The notes under the pieces were generated by a model. That model was not told the origin of the DNA. It worked only from the letters and a program-made list of their open reading frames with translations, and searched no databases. Below, piece by piece: positions 25,503-36,928 of a DNA stretch of 64,000 bases (the first letter of the stretch is position 1; each line of letters starts with the position of its first letter). The position numbers and the translations under genes are program-made. The DNA is taken from assembly GCA_973851085.1 (NCBI GenBank), contig OZ316776.1, positions 11,098,001 through 11,162,000 of the forward strand, in the 5' to 3' direction. The DNA is from Ptychomitrium polyphyllum (taxonomy: Eukaryota).

Positions 25503-28500
25503 GTTGTGACCTCTGCTTCGCGAGCACTGGGTGGCAGCGTGCAAATTCTTTGGGAGGTTTTGCAAGAATTGGGATGCATCGAAATTAGGGTTTGGCGACA
25601 TATCTGGGAGAATATGAGAGATTGGTGTTTTCATCTTCGGAGGCTTGTAAAGGTTTGTGTTTGCCCCTGCAAGGTGTTTTCATAACGGTGTGATGTTTCT
25701 CAGGACTAGAATGGTTTAAATTAGTGTCGCTGGAAGCATGTTTTTGTTTACAAAGTGGGCTTAGGAGTTTGACCTTCTTGTTAGTGAGCATCATGGTGTC
25801 TGATGGTATTGAGTGAAGGTATGTGACTAGTGGATTGTGGGAATTATTGCTACTAAGAAGCAGCGCTGTATTGTTTCATCAACAACTTTATATTTTTGAT
25901 CCGTCCCCTGAAGCCATGCTCTTTCTTTCTGCGATGATAGCTACTCTGTCATCGCTGGTTCACATCACTAGGTTTAAGAAGTTTTCGCTATATCTGGTCG
26001 ATTAAAGCAGCTTGTGGTACTCATATATATATTTTTGGTCATCTTACGAGTTTTATATGTAGCTATTCGCTAATTCGCATGATCAGACGATAGGGAGTCG
26101 CGGCAGCTTGTTTTTCTGATGTGGTGTCCAGTACCTTGCTTTCAGGCTAGTATGTACTAAGACTTAATTGCTCTGATGCTCACGGTTTATTAGTTTACCG
26201 TTCCAAGATTTCAAAAGTCTGGCGTTTGTAATGTACTCGTCTTCAAGAAAGACTGATGTAGTGTGTACTACGTGGCAGGTACCTGGAGCTTCAAAACCTT
26301 CTGGAGCAGAACCAAGCTGAGGGGTTTGATTGGCAGTTAGGTCATAGGTCTTTGTTTAGATTTGCCGTTATGGAATTTTGAGTATGTTTGAGATTTCTGC
26401 TTATTTTTGTCAGTCCAAATTGGAGTGACTACACGGTTATACACTGTTCTGTACTAAACCTTATGAGCAACTAAGCAGGAGTGAGCCTGTTCATGCACAT
26501 GGACAAAATCGTGTTTTGCAACAATTGAAATATGAATCACCCATGGCTTGGAGAATGTGAACTTTGAGAGATCTGCTCACTGCTGGCGCACAAACCTATT
26601 TGCCGTTAGCCAAATGTTCCGCACAATTGTGAGGAGATTTGTACTCTGTCACGATGAATGTCAGTATTGGATACATCACACGTTTAGTGTGTACTCAACT
26701 ATGATAACTTCGTTACCTTCAAAGCTTTTAGTCCAGGTTGTCTTTCAATCTTCTGCACTGCAACCAACAACTTTAGATCTTTCTCATGTTTTGTGTTGCA
26801 ACCAACAACATTGTAGATGTAGCGACATGGCTAAGTTATTTCATGTTTACTTGAAATGAAACTTTCATAAGCCAGTTACAGGGTGGTGCAGCACAAAACA
26901 ATAAGGGCACCTAGGAATGTACGTTAGAATACACAAGAATCTACCGTATACAGTGGAAGCACACCGCACACAATAGTTAAAAACATGGCCAGAACCTAAA
27001 GCAACTCTTCACAAAGGCGTGCCATGCACCATTATATTATCCTAAGTGACATTTGGCTGTTTGGCTCAGATATTTGCCTCACATCTCAAGCATTTCGAAG
27101 TCTAGTGAGTCTATAATGGAGTAAGCAACGACTTCAGTAAGAACAAAAGCAGTATCCATAATTAAGCTGCAGCATGAGCCGTAAGTTGTAAATATTTGCA
27201 GGCTGCTTTTTCCAATTTGTAGATATCTCCCAAACCTTTAAGTTTAACGTCCTGGAAAACAACGGAATTGGGTATGAGCTTAAATGCATTAATAGTTTAA
27301 CCAAGTTGCATGAATGAGTATCTATCAACGAGCTGTTTAATCTGGGCACACCGCACTGTGACAAATGTTTTGTTTTGTTTTTTGTTTTGTTTTGTTTTTT
27401 TTTTCTATGAAATGTAAGATGTAGATAAATGAGAAGAACCCTGTGGGCGATCTTCAGCACAGAATGCACACAAATTTTGCATTCGATACTTCCAAGGATA
27501 TTGAAGCTGTCATTTGAAGAAATGAAATTCATTCCATTTGAAACCTCGCAAAATGTGAAAACTATACACAAGTACTGGACAAGTTAACCACAGCAATGGA
27601 AAATAAAACGAATTCAAGTAGCCAAGGACATGGACGGCACAAACTTGCAGATTGAGGAATCTTCAGTATCCTTTGGCATGATACCCTTACTGGTTAGATA
27701 TCCTGCAGAGATTTCTTGGCCACAGGAATAGAAGGTTCTGCACATTTCTCTTCCTCAAGAAATACCAAATGTGCTGCAAGACAATGGATGATACAAAGAA
27801 GGGCAAGGTGCATATATTATTGCACAAGTTTGGAATGTGGATGAAAATTGTATTCATTATAGTGGAATAAAATAACAATTTCAAAATTATAATGATAACT
27901 TGTTTATTTAAGAAATTTAACTTGACATAAGTTGAATTGCATATTTCATATGCAAATCTAATAGCTTTGGCTATTGTGGCTCATCTATTAACAAGAAACT
28001 TGTTATACATTTTCAAATACATGACAATCATTTTTTAGAAATTTAACCCCTTTTAAATTTACTTCATTTCAAAGATTATTTTGGAACTTTGGAATTTCTC
28101 ATTATAATGAAGATAGTGTTGGTGCAAAAATTAGACAATTAGAGGCTGTTCACACTATAAATGTCAATGGCTAGTCAAAGGATACTAGTAAAACTTTTAC
28201 TTTGGTTGGTCCAAAGCAAAACTTAGTTTGTTGGACCTTCACGCTAGAAGCAAACAATCAAAAGACATTGCCTTCCAAAATGCTTACATAGGGTTATATT
28301 TTTTGATTTTTGCTAAGAAGGGTCTATTTAGTTGATAAGACTTTGTGCAATATTAAAAAAACAAACCAAAATTTTCTTTAATAAACAATTTTTTTTCCAT
28401 TAAAGTATTTGATATTCAATAAGACCAAAGTCTTCAGATTGAAACAATTGTTTTGACAAATTTAAAATGATATAAACTAAAGTCATTGTAAAATCTTTAT

Positions 28501-30104
28501 AAGCTTTTTGTATTACATTGAAACGTTTATGCAATATTTTAAGAAATTGTAGTTTAAAACATGTCATAAGCTATCAATAATAATTTAGAATTGATTTTTT
28601 TTAAAAAATTTGATATTTTGTGTAAAAGTCCAAAGTCCTTCATGTAAAGGTGTTTTAATGTGTAGATGTCCACCAAATACGAGATGATGAACATTAGTAG
28701 CTAGATCCTAATATTGGACACAAAATGCTTAATATTAAACGTAAGATGTTAGAAGTTGGATGTTGGATGGAGATGATGAATGGAGATGATTCTTTAACAT
28801 CTAGATCATCTTTTGACTTCTAGATTATGTTGGATGCCATGAAGTAAAGTAACTATTTTTGTAAATTGATATGTTATAGAATTTATTTTGATGGACAAAG
28901 ACACTTTTCCATTCACTTTCAAGTGGTTGATCTAGAAATTAAGATAATTGACTAGACAATAAAGAAACATTATTGAAGTTTTAGATGTAGCTAGACAAAT
29001 TGTCTTGGATAAGAACAAATATCTAGATATTATTAGGGATATAAAAACACCTAGGACATTGGAAGTGAAGTAAATAACCTTGGTAAATATTTCAAAACAA
29101 ATGAACAAAAGAATATTATGAAAACTCAAAACTCAAAACTCAAAAACCTTGAAAACCTTGAAAGGTATAATTAAATATTTTGATTCCACCCTATCATGAA
29201 GTTATTGTGGTTAACCGAGTAGAACTGTAGAATATCATCACCTCCAATCAAGGTCCCAGGTTCAATGAAACTATCTTGACCCTTCAACTCTTCCACGCCC
29301 AGGCCAACTCACACTATGCTAGAACGAATCCCTCCAGATTCACACCCCATATATCAATCTTAAAGTACTACTTGCAAGTTGCAAGACAGTCTATCTTGGT
29401 GCATCTAGAGGTATCAACATTGCAAAAGGAAACAAACAGAGAAAGAAATAAGGTTATACTGCAAATAGAAAACGAAATCCAATTTCACCACGATCTCAAC
29501 ATTCCCCGGAACACAAACCAGAACCAAAGTACACATATACAAACTCACATACAGTCTTCATAACCTCATTGCGAGTCCAATCGAAACCTGCAGGAACGTC
29601 CATACACCAGCGTCAGAAAGACGTTAGCGCTCAAACTCCATACTTAAAAGACCAACGCCAGCGATTCAAATGCACAAGAGCCAATTCCTATAACAGTGTT
29701 CGAAGAGAATAACATTGAAGAGAACGAACCTGCTAAGAGATGCAAAACATAAGTCCAAAGAACAATTTACAGAAACGAGCCAAGTATATGGGCTTCTAAT
29801 CCTCACCATACTGTCAATAACTCTACCAACTAACTCCAGCTATGGTATCGGACTTCGATTCCTCCCTCAAAGAAACTGCACATGTATGTTCAAACCTGAA
29901 TAAACGTTTCTCACTTATAAAGAGGGCCAACGCAGTAATTCGATAACCAAAGCTTCGAAAAGCACATTCATCCAGCACCCTCCATGAACAGCTACATCAG
30001 AAAGAATTAGGCTGTCACGGATTGCACGTTTAGACGCTGCTACAGTAATCAAGAGCAACGATTGAACTACCGCTTATATCTGCTCCAAAGGCAGTCTGTT
30101 TGCG

Positions 30105-30950
30105 TTAGAAACCGTGGGAGACTGCAGCGAGCGCAAGCAGCGAGAGGACGGGGAGGGTTCCCTGGCACAGCCCCGCCATCTTGCCCAGCGGCGCCACCCC
30201 GAGCGGATGGCTCCCAGTCAGGGTCTGGACGTTGTCGATCATGGGACCGTACTTCTCCGACATGCTCTCGAACTTGATCACCGTCTGCGCTCCGGTGCCC
30301 GTGTACACCATGCTTTGCTTCGTCCAGGTGCTGTGGCCCATCGTGTTGGTCACGTTGTACGGGACCATGTGGATCACCCAGCCGTGCGTGGTGACGCCCT
30401 GCATGGCCGAGACCCTGATCGCCGTCCATAAGTTGGTGGGGCCGTCTGGCGTTCGCGCCACATCGTAGTGCACAGTGTACGTCTTGCCGGTGGCCGGGTT
30501 GGCCGCCAGGGTGGTCTGCAGAGAGCCCTGCGTGCCGTTGCTGGTGGTCGCCAAGCCCGGGTTGTTGAGCATGACGCAGAACTTGTTCCCGGAAGCGGCG
30601 CCCCCGTACAGGGCGCCGGGATAGATCGTCACGCCGGCGCCGCCCGGGAGCCAGTTGGGCAGGAGGGTGGTGGTGTTGTCCACCAACGTCGTGCCGGTGG
30701 TCACCGCGGTGCACTGCTCGAAGTCACCGTCGACGAGCGGGATCACGCCTCCCTTGGCTGTGGCCGCGGGGGCCGACGCCGTGGTCGGGCCGGCCGGCGA
30801 CGGGGCTGGGGCGTCGAAGGCGTCGATCATGTCATCGTCGCCGAACCGCCACCCGGTCTCGGTCTCCACCAAGTCGGAGTCCATGTCCGCGCTATGCACA
30901 ACGCCCACGCAGCAGAGCGCCCACATGAGCGCCACAACGCTCACCATCAT
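30105..30950 (-). CDS. DUF642-type (galactose-binding-like fold) secreted protein, copy 1; signal peptide, AGP-like linker, hydrophobic GPI-like tail
   Basis: MMVSVVALMWALCCVGVVHSA signal. DAPAPSPAGPTTASAPAAT linker. LVDGDFEQ...LPNW...GSLQTTL...GKTYTVHY...IKFES...YGPMIDNV matches the DUF642 pattern. Ends LPVLSLLALAAVSHGF. ORF-track start 31004 is GTG; first in-frame ATG is 30950. Confidence 0.8.
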   Translation of the reverse strand: MMVSVVALMWALCCVGVVHSADMDSDLVETETGWRFGDDDMIDAFDAPAPSPAGPTTASAPAATAKGGVIPLVDGDFEQCTAVTTGTTLVDNTTTLLPNWLPGGAGVTIYPGALYGGAASGNKFCVMLNNPGLATTSNGTQGSLQTTLAANPATGKTYTVHYDVARTPDGPTNLWTAIRVSAMQGVTTHGWVIHMVPYNVTNTMGHSTWTKQSMVYTGTGAQTVIKFESMSEKYGPMIDNVQTLTGSHPLGVAPLGKMAGLCQGTLPVLSLLALAAVSHGF

Positions 30951-32326
30951 CGCCACGGGGGCCCTGGCTCCCAAAATGGTGGGGCTCGTGGCTCTGCACC
31001 TCACAACACGGTGTCAGCACATTGAGCCTGCGTTTTCTCATGCTCCGTCAGGATTTCGGAACGCCAGCAGGACCTGTCGTTCTACGATGATCAGGGTGAG
31101 ATGACGACTGAAACTCTTGCGACGAACGCATCGATTAGTCATGTAGTCGTGCTCTCTGATCTCTGTCTCACTCGATTAGACTCAGTTGCTCGGGAAGAAT
31201 ATTGAGACTGGATACAGATAATCGGCGAACAGTAGTATCGTTAGGTGTTGGAATTGAATTTATTTCGACCCTGAACTTCGGAAGGCCGGCCAGGAGAGAG
31301 ATGGAGTTGGTTGGCAAAGACACCAGCCGCCTCTTCAGATGGTTCTCCCAAACCGTCTCCCAGACAACCTCATCCCACCGTCTTTGACTTCTTGGGTCTT
31401 TTTATTGAAACAAGGGAAAGGACCTTTATTTACTAAAGATATAAAGCATATACAATCCTTTATCGACTTGTCGGTTCAGAGTCCATCTCAAGTCCGGATC
31501 TACAATTGCATTGGACGTGCCCGCTGAATCCTGGTTTCTTAGGATGAGTGTCGTATCCCACCTTATTCATCCACTTCTCGGTACGCAGTCCAATTGATAT
31601 CCAGATCAGCAAATTCAATGAACGTGCCGTCACGCCTGCTGATTCCTGTGAAATAATTAGTCTGTGCTCTACAGGTGATGGATGGTCGATGAACCTAGTT
31701 CCCAAGCTAGATTGATCTGCTTGACAATAGAACATGTTTCCCATACTGAGCTCCAGTAACAAGCTGGAGGAAAATACATTTTCCATATAGCAAGTGTGAA
31801 TTCAGGGCTATTTCGGAGCCCTAGGTTTTCAGAATATGTACAAAGGTGAACCATCTGTGGATATCATGTGTATCATGAAGCTCTGGATCTCATGTGCTCC
31901 AGTAGTTTGCATAATTGACACTTCTACAGCTTCAAAGCGTTGACACGTTCTGAGACGAAGATTCGGATTACAACTGATTGTTAGGCAAGCAAGACGGTAA
32001 GGCAAGCAAAATAATATCATATCAATGTTCGACAAACTGATGAGAGGATGTCACCACCAATCCCATCAACGTCAGGAATGCAAAATGAGGCAAAGAAGAA
32101 TCCAGAGAATATTTATGTGTTCAGACATACGTATTGACAGCCGAAGTATGTATCACACAGCAGTAATTCAAAGCAGAGATATCACTCATTGAGACTGCAT
32201 GTGTCTACAATGCGAGAGCGTGCCTCCTTCCTGTGCTCCTCTACAATAAACAACGATCCTGCTCTATTTGATGATAAGCTAGCTTAAAGCTAAGTCTCGC
32301 AAACCATGAGTCCTCCGACTTGAAAT

Positions 32327-33238
32327 CTACGCTGTCTCCTGCGACTTGAAAGCATCGGCGTGTTCTGTGAGGAAGTAGTCCAAGGAAACACCCTTGCGTC
32401 CCAGCAGCTGCTCCAGGTCAGGATGCACTTCGCTGAACAAGGTTCTCCTCTTCTCCTCGTCCAGGGTCACAATCGCATGTGCAAATTCATCCGCGCCCGA
32501 CACAGGCCCCGGGTAGATTTTCTTGAGCAGATTATAGTGCTCCTCCGGAGCCAGATTCACATGCGTCACTTTCTTCTGTGTGACCTTGCTGATCTTCTCC
32601 GCAAGCTCCTTCTCCGTTACCGCCTCAGTTGTCAGGGTGTAGACTTTGCCAGTGTGAGGGCTAGGGTTACTTAAAACCGCCGCCGCAGCTGCGGCGATGT
32701 CACGGACGGCGACACTCGTCCACACTCCGTCGCCGGCACTCGAATGGAACTCGCCCGTCCGTCTGATGGGCTCTGCGAAGTTGAATACCACGTTCTCGTG
32801 GAACCACGTGGGTCGCAAAATAGTGGCCGGGATTTCACTACCGAGCAGCGCTTGCTCGCGCTCATAGTTGGAGTGGAAAGTTTTAAACCCTTTCGAAGGG
32901 TCGGCGTCCATGGAAGACATGAAGACGACATGCTTGATGCCGGTTGCTCTCGCTGCTTGCAAGAAATTATCGAACAGCGGCACTTCAGCTCCTTGAACCA
33001 GCGATGGCAGAATGAGATAAGCGAAATCCACGCCTCTGCATGCCTGCATCATCGATTCCAACCTGAGCCCATCAAGCGCTACAGCCTTAGCGCCCGCCGC
33101 CACGAGCTGCTCTGCCACTTTGGCGGGATTCCTCGCAGCCAAGCGAACTGCACACTTCCCCTGCGCGAGCACCAACTTCGCCGCCTCGCTGCCATTACGG
33201 CTGGTCGCGCTTATGATCAGCACGACGGGCTTCGCCAT
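32327..33238 (-). CDS. NmrA-like atypical SDR / NAD(P)H-binding oxidoreductase, intronless (copy A)
   Basis: Rossmann N-terminus VVLIISATSRNG...VRLAARNP. Later motifs GIKHVVFMSS, TILRPTWFHEN, SVAVRDIAAAAAAVL...HTGKVYTLT, DLEQLLGRKGVSLDYFLTEHADAF. First ATG is 33238. Confidence 0.9.
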   Translation of the reverse strand: MAKPVVLIISATSRNGSEAAKLVLAQGKCAVRLAARNPAKVAEQLVAAGAKAVALDGLRLESMMQACRGVDFAYLILPSLVQGAEVPLFDNFLQAARATGIKHVVFMSSMDADPSKGFKTFHSNYEREQALLGSEIPATILRPTWFHENVVFNFAEPIRRTGEFHSSAGDGVWTSVAVRDIAAAAAAVLSNPSPHTGKVYTLTTEAVTEKELAEKISKVTQKKVTHVNLAPEEHYNLLKKIYPGPVSGADEFAHAIVTLDEEKRRTLFSEVHPDLEQLLGRKGVSLDYFLTEHADAFKSQETA

Positions 33239-34369
33239 TGCTTCCGGAACAATCCTCACTCAAAACCCTAACCAAAGATCGGCAAACAGAGACGATCAGA
33301 ACTCAGTGCTAACCAAATCAACGGCTACGACTCCATCATCATCACACACTGAATGATGAAAAGCTCTCTACAAAGCTTCTCTTCAGTCAAATGGACTTGC
33401 GGAAGTTATCGCCGGCATTAAAACAGACAACCACATCTAATGAATGGTATGTCACAGGAAGCCTTTGGCTCCATTCCACATGGGAAGAGGGAGACCATTC
33501 CACGTGCTAATCTTTCCATCACTCATGTGCGCGCTGCCAAAACACAAATTTTTCCCTGTGTGAGAAGAAGCCTAAAGCTCCTTGTGATGTTAGAAATAGG
33601 AAATTAAAAAAGATGGAAGAAGGAGCCTTACAGAATGTGGCGATGGATAAGGGCTATCGCGCCAATCAGAGATGAGACTGGCAGGCCTCGATCGCAAGCT
33701 CAGAGTGATTACCAACCAAAGTGATAAGCAACCCCTGTTACATAGCGTATGGAAATACAGAATCGTGAGGTCTGCAAGGTGAGCTTGTGAGGGGTGATTC
33801 TTCGTGGTGGATTTCGGAGGGATGGCATCGCCGTACGCCAGAGTCCACACCGAGCAGCATATTCTTCCGAAGCTTCCTTGAGCCCACAAGTCGAAGCATC
33901 TTCGTCTTGTTTAAACATGATAAATCTGAATGGATCAATGACATGTTACCACCATTGCGTAGTTGTGTGCACCCTGGACAAAATTGTCGTCACCCATGCT
34001 CACCTCTGACAGTGAAGAATAGTACAAAGAGAGAGGCTGTGCAAAAGACACTTGGCTGCCAAAAGTCAAGCACAGGTGTATAAGTTGCAGCAATGAAGCA
34101 GCAACGGAAGCTACACAGTGCAGATGCAATATGTGCTTCCCCTGTAAACAGTTCGTGAGGGGTGCCCATGTTATCACTTGTATTCTTGTTGGTATTCCCC
34201 CGTTGCAGCACCTTCGATAACTAGGCTCTTCCAATTTGCTTGCCACTGAGACCAGGTGCAGATTGCTTGCAGCACCAGCACTACATCAACATTGGGCAAT
34301 TGGCTGTAGCCCAAGCATTCAGTGGACTAGCTCATTGAAGGAGCTGTGATCGAATCGGTGACAACAATT

Positions 34370-34519
34370 ATGTCGAAGCCTGTGGTGTTCATTACCAGCG
34401 CCACCAGCCGCAACGGCAGCGACACTGCGAAGCTGCTGCTCGCGCAAGGAAATCGCACACTTCACTTGGCTGCACGGGACCTCGAATTGACCAACGTCAT
34501 GAGCTCTCGAACACTGTAA
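34370..34519 (+). pseudogene. Truncated 5' fragment of an NmrA-like gene (paralogue of copy B) with duplicated upstream region
   Basis: Translates MSKPVVFITSATSRNGSDTAKLLLAQGNRTLHLAARD, then loses homology and stops at 34519. Upstream 34237-34369 aligns with 35859-35998, and 34077-34120 aligns with 35660-35710. Confidence 0.88.
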
Positions 34520-35688
34520 AGACGTAAAGACTAAGCTCTCGTACGTTTGCCCCATATTTTAAAAGCTGCGCTGGAATTACACGAAGGAGAATCTCGTAGT
34601 TCATAACAAGCCATAAACCCTAGACCCTAAACAAAGAACACAGCTTTTTGGTCTTCCTGGCTACTGCGATCATACAGATTATCATACGTACAACGATGTG
34701 AAAACGAATAACTTATTCTCTTGATCGATTCGTGCGAGCTTAGCTATACAAAGGCGCCAGAATTTACTTCTCGATCACGAAATCCCGCTGGAAACTAACC
34801 GAAAGCAAAGCTAAACCAACATACTCACGTACTACAGCCTCGATCACTTCATTGCGAGTCCGAGGAAACCCTTGCTACTGCAAAATTCCAGCAGGTTCAG
34901 AAATACCGGTAAGCCAGCAATCACCACAAATCACGAAATTGCTGTGCACAGTAAGTTTCAGATCATAGGGCAGTACGTTAGAGTGATATTGTAACAGAAA
35001 GTGAATCACTATCACATGGCGTATGTTGATGGAAACGGAAATTGTGGGTTAGAATGCGACTCTGGAATCGGAGAAGAACTTACCGGTTGTCGAAATGGAC
35101 TCATGGAGTTTCTTATCCGTATCATCATTCCCAGTGCGTGTTTTAGTACCTGGGGATCGATATGATGCCATTTTCCAGATTGTCGCAGCCCACCTTTGAG
35201 AAGAGAGCCCGACTAGAGCGCAAACCCGGCAGAAAATGGCGGGCAACCATTTCTTGCATCTCAACGGGTCACCGCCCTTCCAGCTTGGTCTGGAGTCTTG
35301 AGCAGGAACACATTCTGAGGTGAGCGTCAATGGTTGGACTGTGCCAGTATTCGCTCTTCTTCGCTGCTGCAACGCTCAGTTCTGGCTGGGGTTTCGAGTT
35401 TTTTAATTGCAGCTAGACCAAGCTGGGTTCGTCAATGAGAGTCTCGCGAGTGGTGAGGAGCAACCGCAAGAATTCTTACGTCTGGTGTACGGTAGATGCT
35501 TAGGATTTTCTGCCGGGTTTGCGCTCTAGTCACAGGTTCTGAGTCTCCTGTCCATGATCTTTGATACAGAATCAATCAACGTCCCCACCACATGCTGACG
35601 TTCCTCAGTCCAACAGTAAAGTTCAAAAAGAGGACACCCGTGTGTCAAAGGCACTTCAAGTATAAGACGTCGTAGCAAAGAAGCAGCA

Positions 35689-35756
35689 AAGGAAGCTACA
35701 CACACTGCGAAGGAAGCTACACACACTGCGAAGGAAGCTACACACACTGCGAAGGA
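35689..35756. repeat. 21-bp tandem repeat (AAGGAAGCTACACACACTGCG) x3 upstream of NmrA copy B
   Basis: Directly visible; a single related unit lies at about 34107-34122, upstream of the pseudogene fragment. Confidence 0.9.
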
Positions 35757-35998
35757 CTTTCCATATAAAGACTTCAGCAGAGGCAACCTAATTCATCACT
35801 TCTCTTTCTATCCGTATGTATGTATTGCAGCACCTTAGACAGCTAGACTACTGTACTTTGCTTGCCACTGAGACCGGGTGCAAATCGATTATTTGCAATA
35901 TTGGCATCACATCGACGACATTGAGCAATTAGCCGCTAGCTCAACCATAATTGGACTAGCTCGTTGAAGGAGCTGTATTCGAATCAAAGACAACAACT

Positions 35999-36928
35999 AT
36001 GTCGAAGCCCGTGGTGTTGATCACGAGCGCTACCAGCCGCAACGGTAGCGACGCTGCCAAGCTGCTGATCGCGCAGGGGAGGCACACACTGCGCTTGGCT
36101 GCACGTGATCCGGCCAAATTGGCCGACCTCGAAGCGCAGGGCGCCGAGGCCATAGCGCTTGACCACACGAGCGCGGAGTCCATGACTCAGGCGTGCAAGG
36201 GCGTGGACATCGTCTATCTCATCCTCCCTACACTGGTCGACGACGCGGAGGTCGTCATGTTCCGCAACTTCCTGCTAGCCGCCACGGCAGCGGGTAGCAG
36301 CATCAAGCACATCGTGTACCTCTCCGGAGTGGACACCGTCGATCCAGCAAAGGCGGAGTTCACGAGCATTCACAACCACTACGAGCACGAGCAGCTGTTG
36401 AAGAAAAGCGGGATTCCGTACACGAGCTTGCGACCCGCGTGGTTCCACGAGAATCAGGTGCTGTATCACTCGGATTCCATCCGGCGAACGGGTGAGTTCA
36501 AGACGAGCGCAGGCGATGGCATGTGGACGAGTGTGGCGATTTGCGACATAGCTGCCGCAGCGGTGGTGGTTGTGAGCAACCCCCAGCTTCACGCGAGGAA
36601 AATTTACACATTGACGACGGAGGCGGTGACGGACAAAATGGTGGCTGAGAAGATTAGTAAAGTGACCGGGCAGAAGGTGAGGCACGTGAACCTGACGCCA
36701 GACGAGCACGCGGATTTGATCCGGGAGAGCTACTTGGGGGGGTTATCGAATCTCAAGAGAGAGGCATATGCGAGTGCGCTGGTAACTCTGGACTGGGAGA
36801 AACGGAGCAATTTATTTAGCATAGTGCATCCAGATTTGGAGGAGCTCGTGGGACGCAAGGGCATCTCGTTGGAGACGTTTCTTGCAGAGCATGCCGATGC
36901 TTTCAAAAGGCCGCCACAGGCACATTGA
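35999..36928 (+). CDS. NmrA-like atypical SDR / NAD(P)H-binding oxidoreductase, intronless (copy B)
   Basis: 309 aa paralogue of copy A along its whole length (ITSATSRNG, LRPAWFHEN, SAGDGMWTSVA, DLEELVGRKGISLETFLAEHADAF). Confidence 0.92.
   Translation: MSKPVVLITSATSRNGSDAAKLLIAQGRHTLRLAARDPAKLADLEAQGAEAIALDHTSAESMTQACKGVDIVYLILPTLVDDAEVVMFRNFLLAATAAGSSIKHIVYLSGVDTVDPAKAEFTSIHNHYEHEQLLKKSGIPYTSLRPAWFHENQVLYHSDSIRRTGEFKTSAGDGMWTSVAICDIAAAAVVVVSNPQLHARKIYTLTTEAVTDKMVAEKISKVTGQKVRHVNLTPDEHADLIRESYLGGLSNLKREAYASALVTLDWEKRSNLFSIVHPDLEELVGRKGISLETFLAEHADAFKRPPQAH

Noticed and set aside
29200..29270. tRNA/SINE-like B-box (ggtcccaggttcaat); a similar weak motif lies at about 24452
   Set aside because: No cloverleaf or convincing A-box; too degenerate to call.
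3726..36928. Nitrogen-regulation cluster (NLP plus NmrA, by analogy to fungal AreA-NmrA)
   Set aside because: The genes are about 24 kb apart with unrelated genes between. The NmrA-like fold is mostly enzymatic, and I found no complete NLP-binding element near them.
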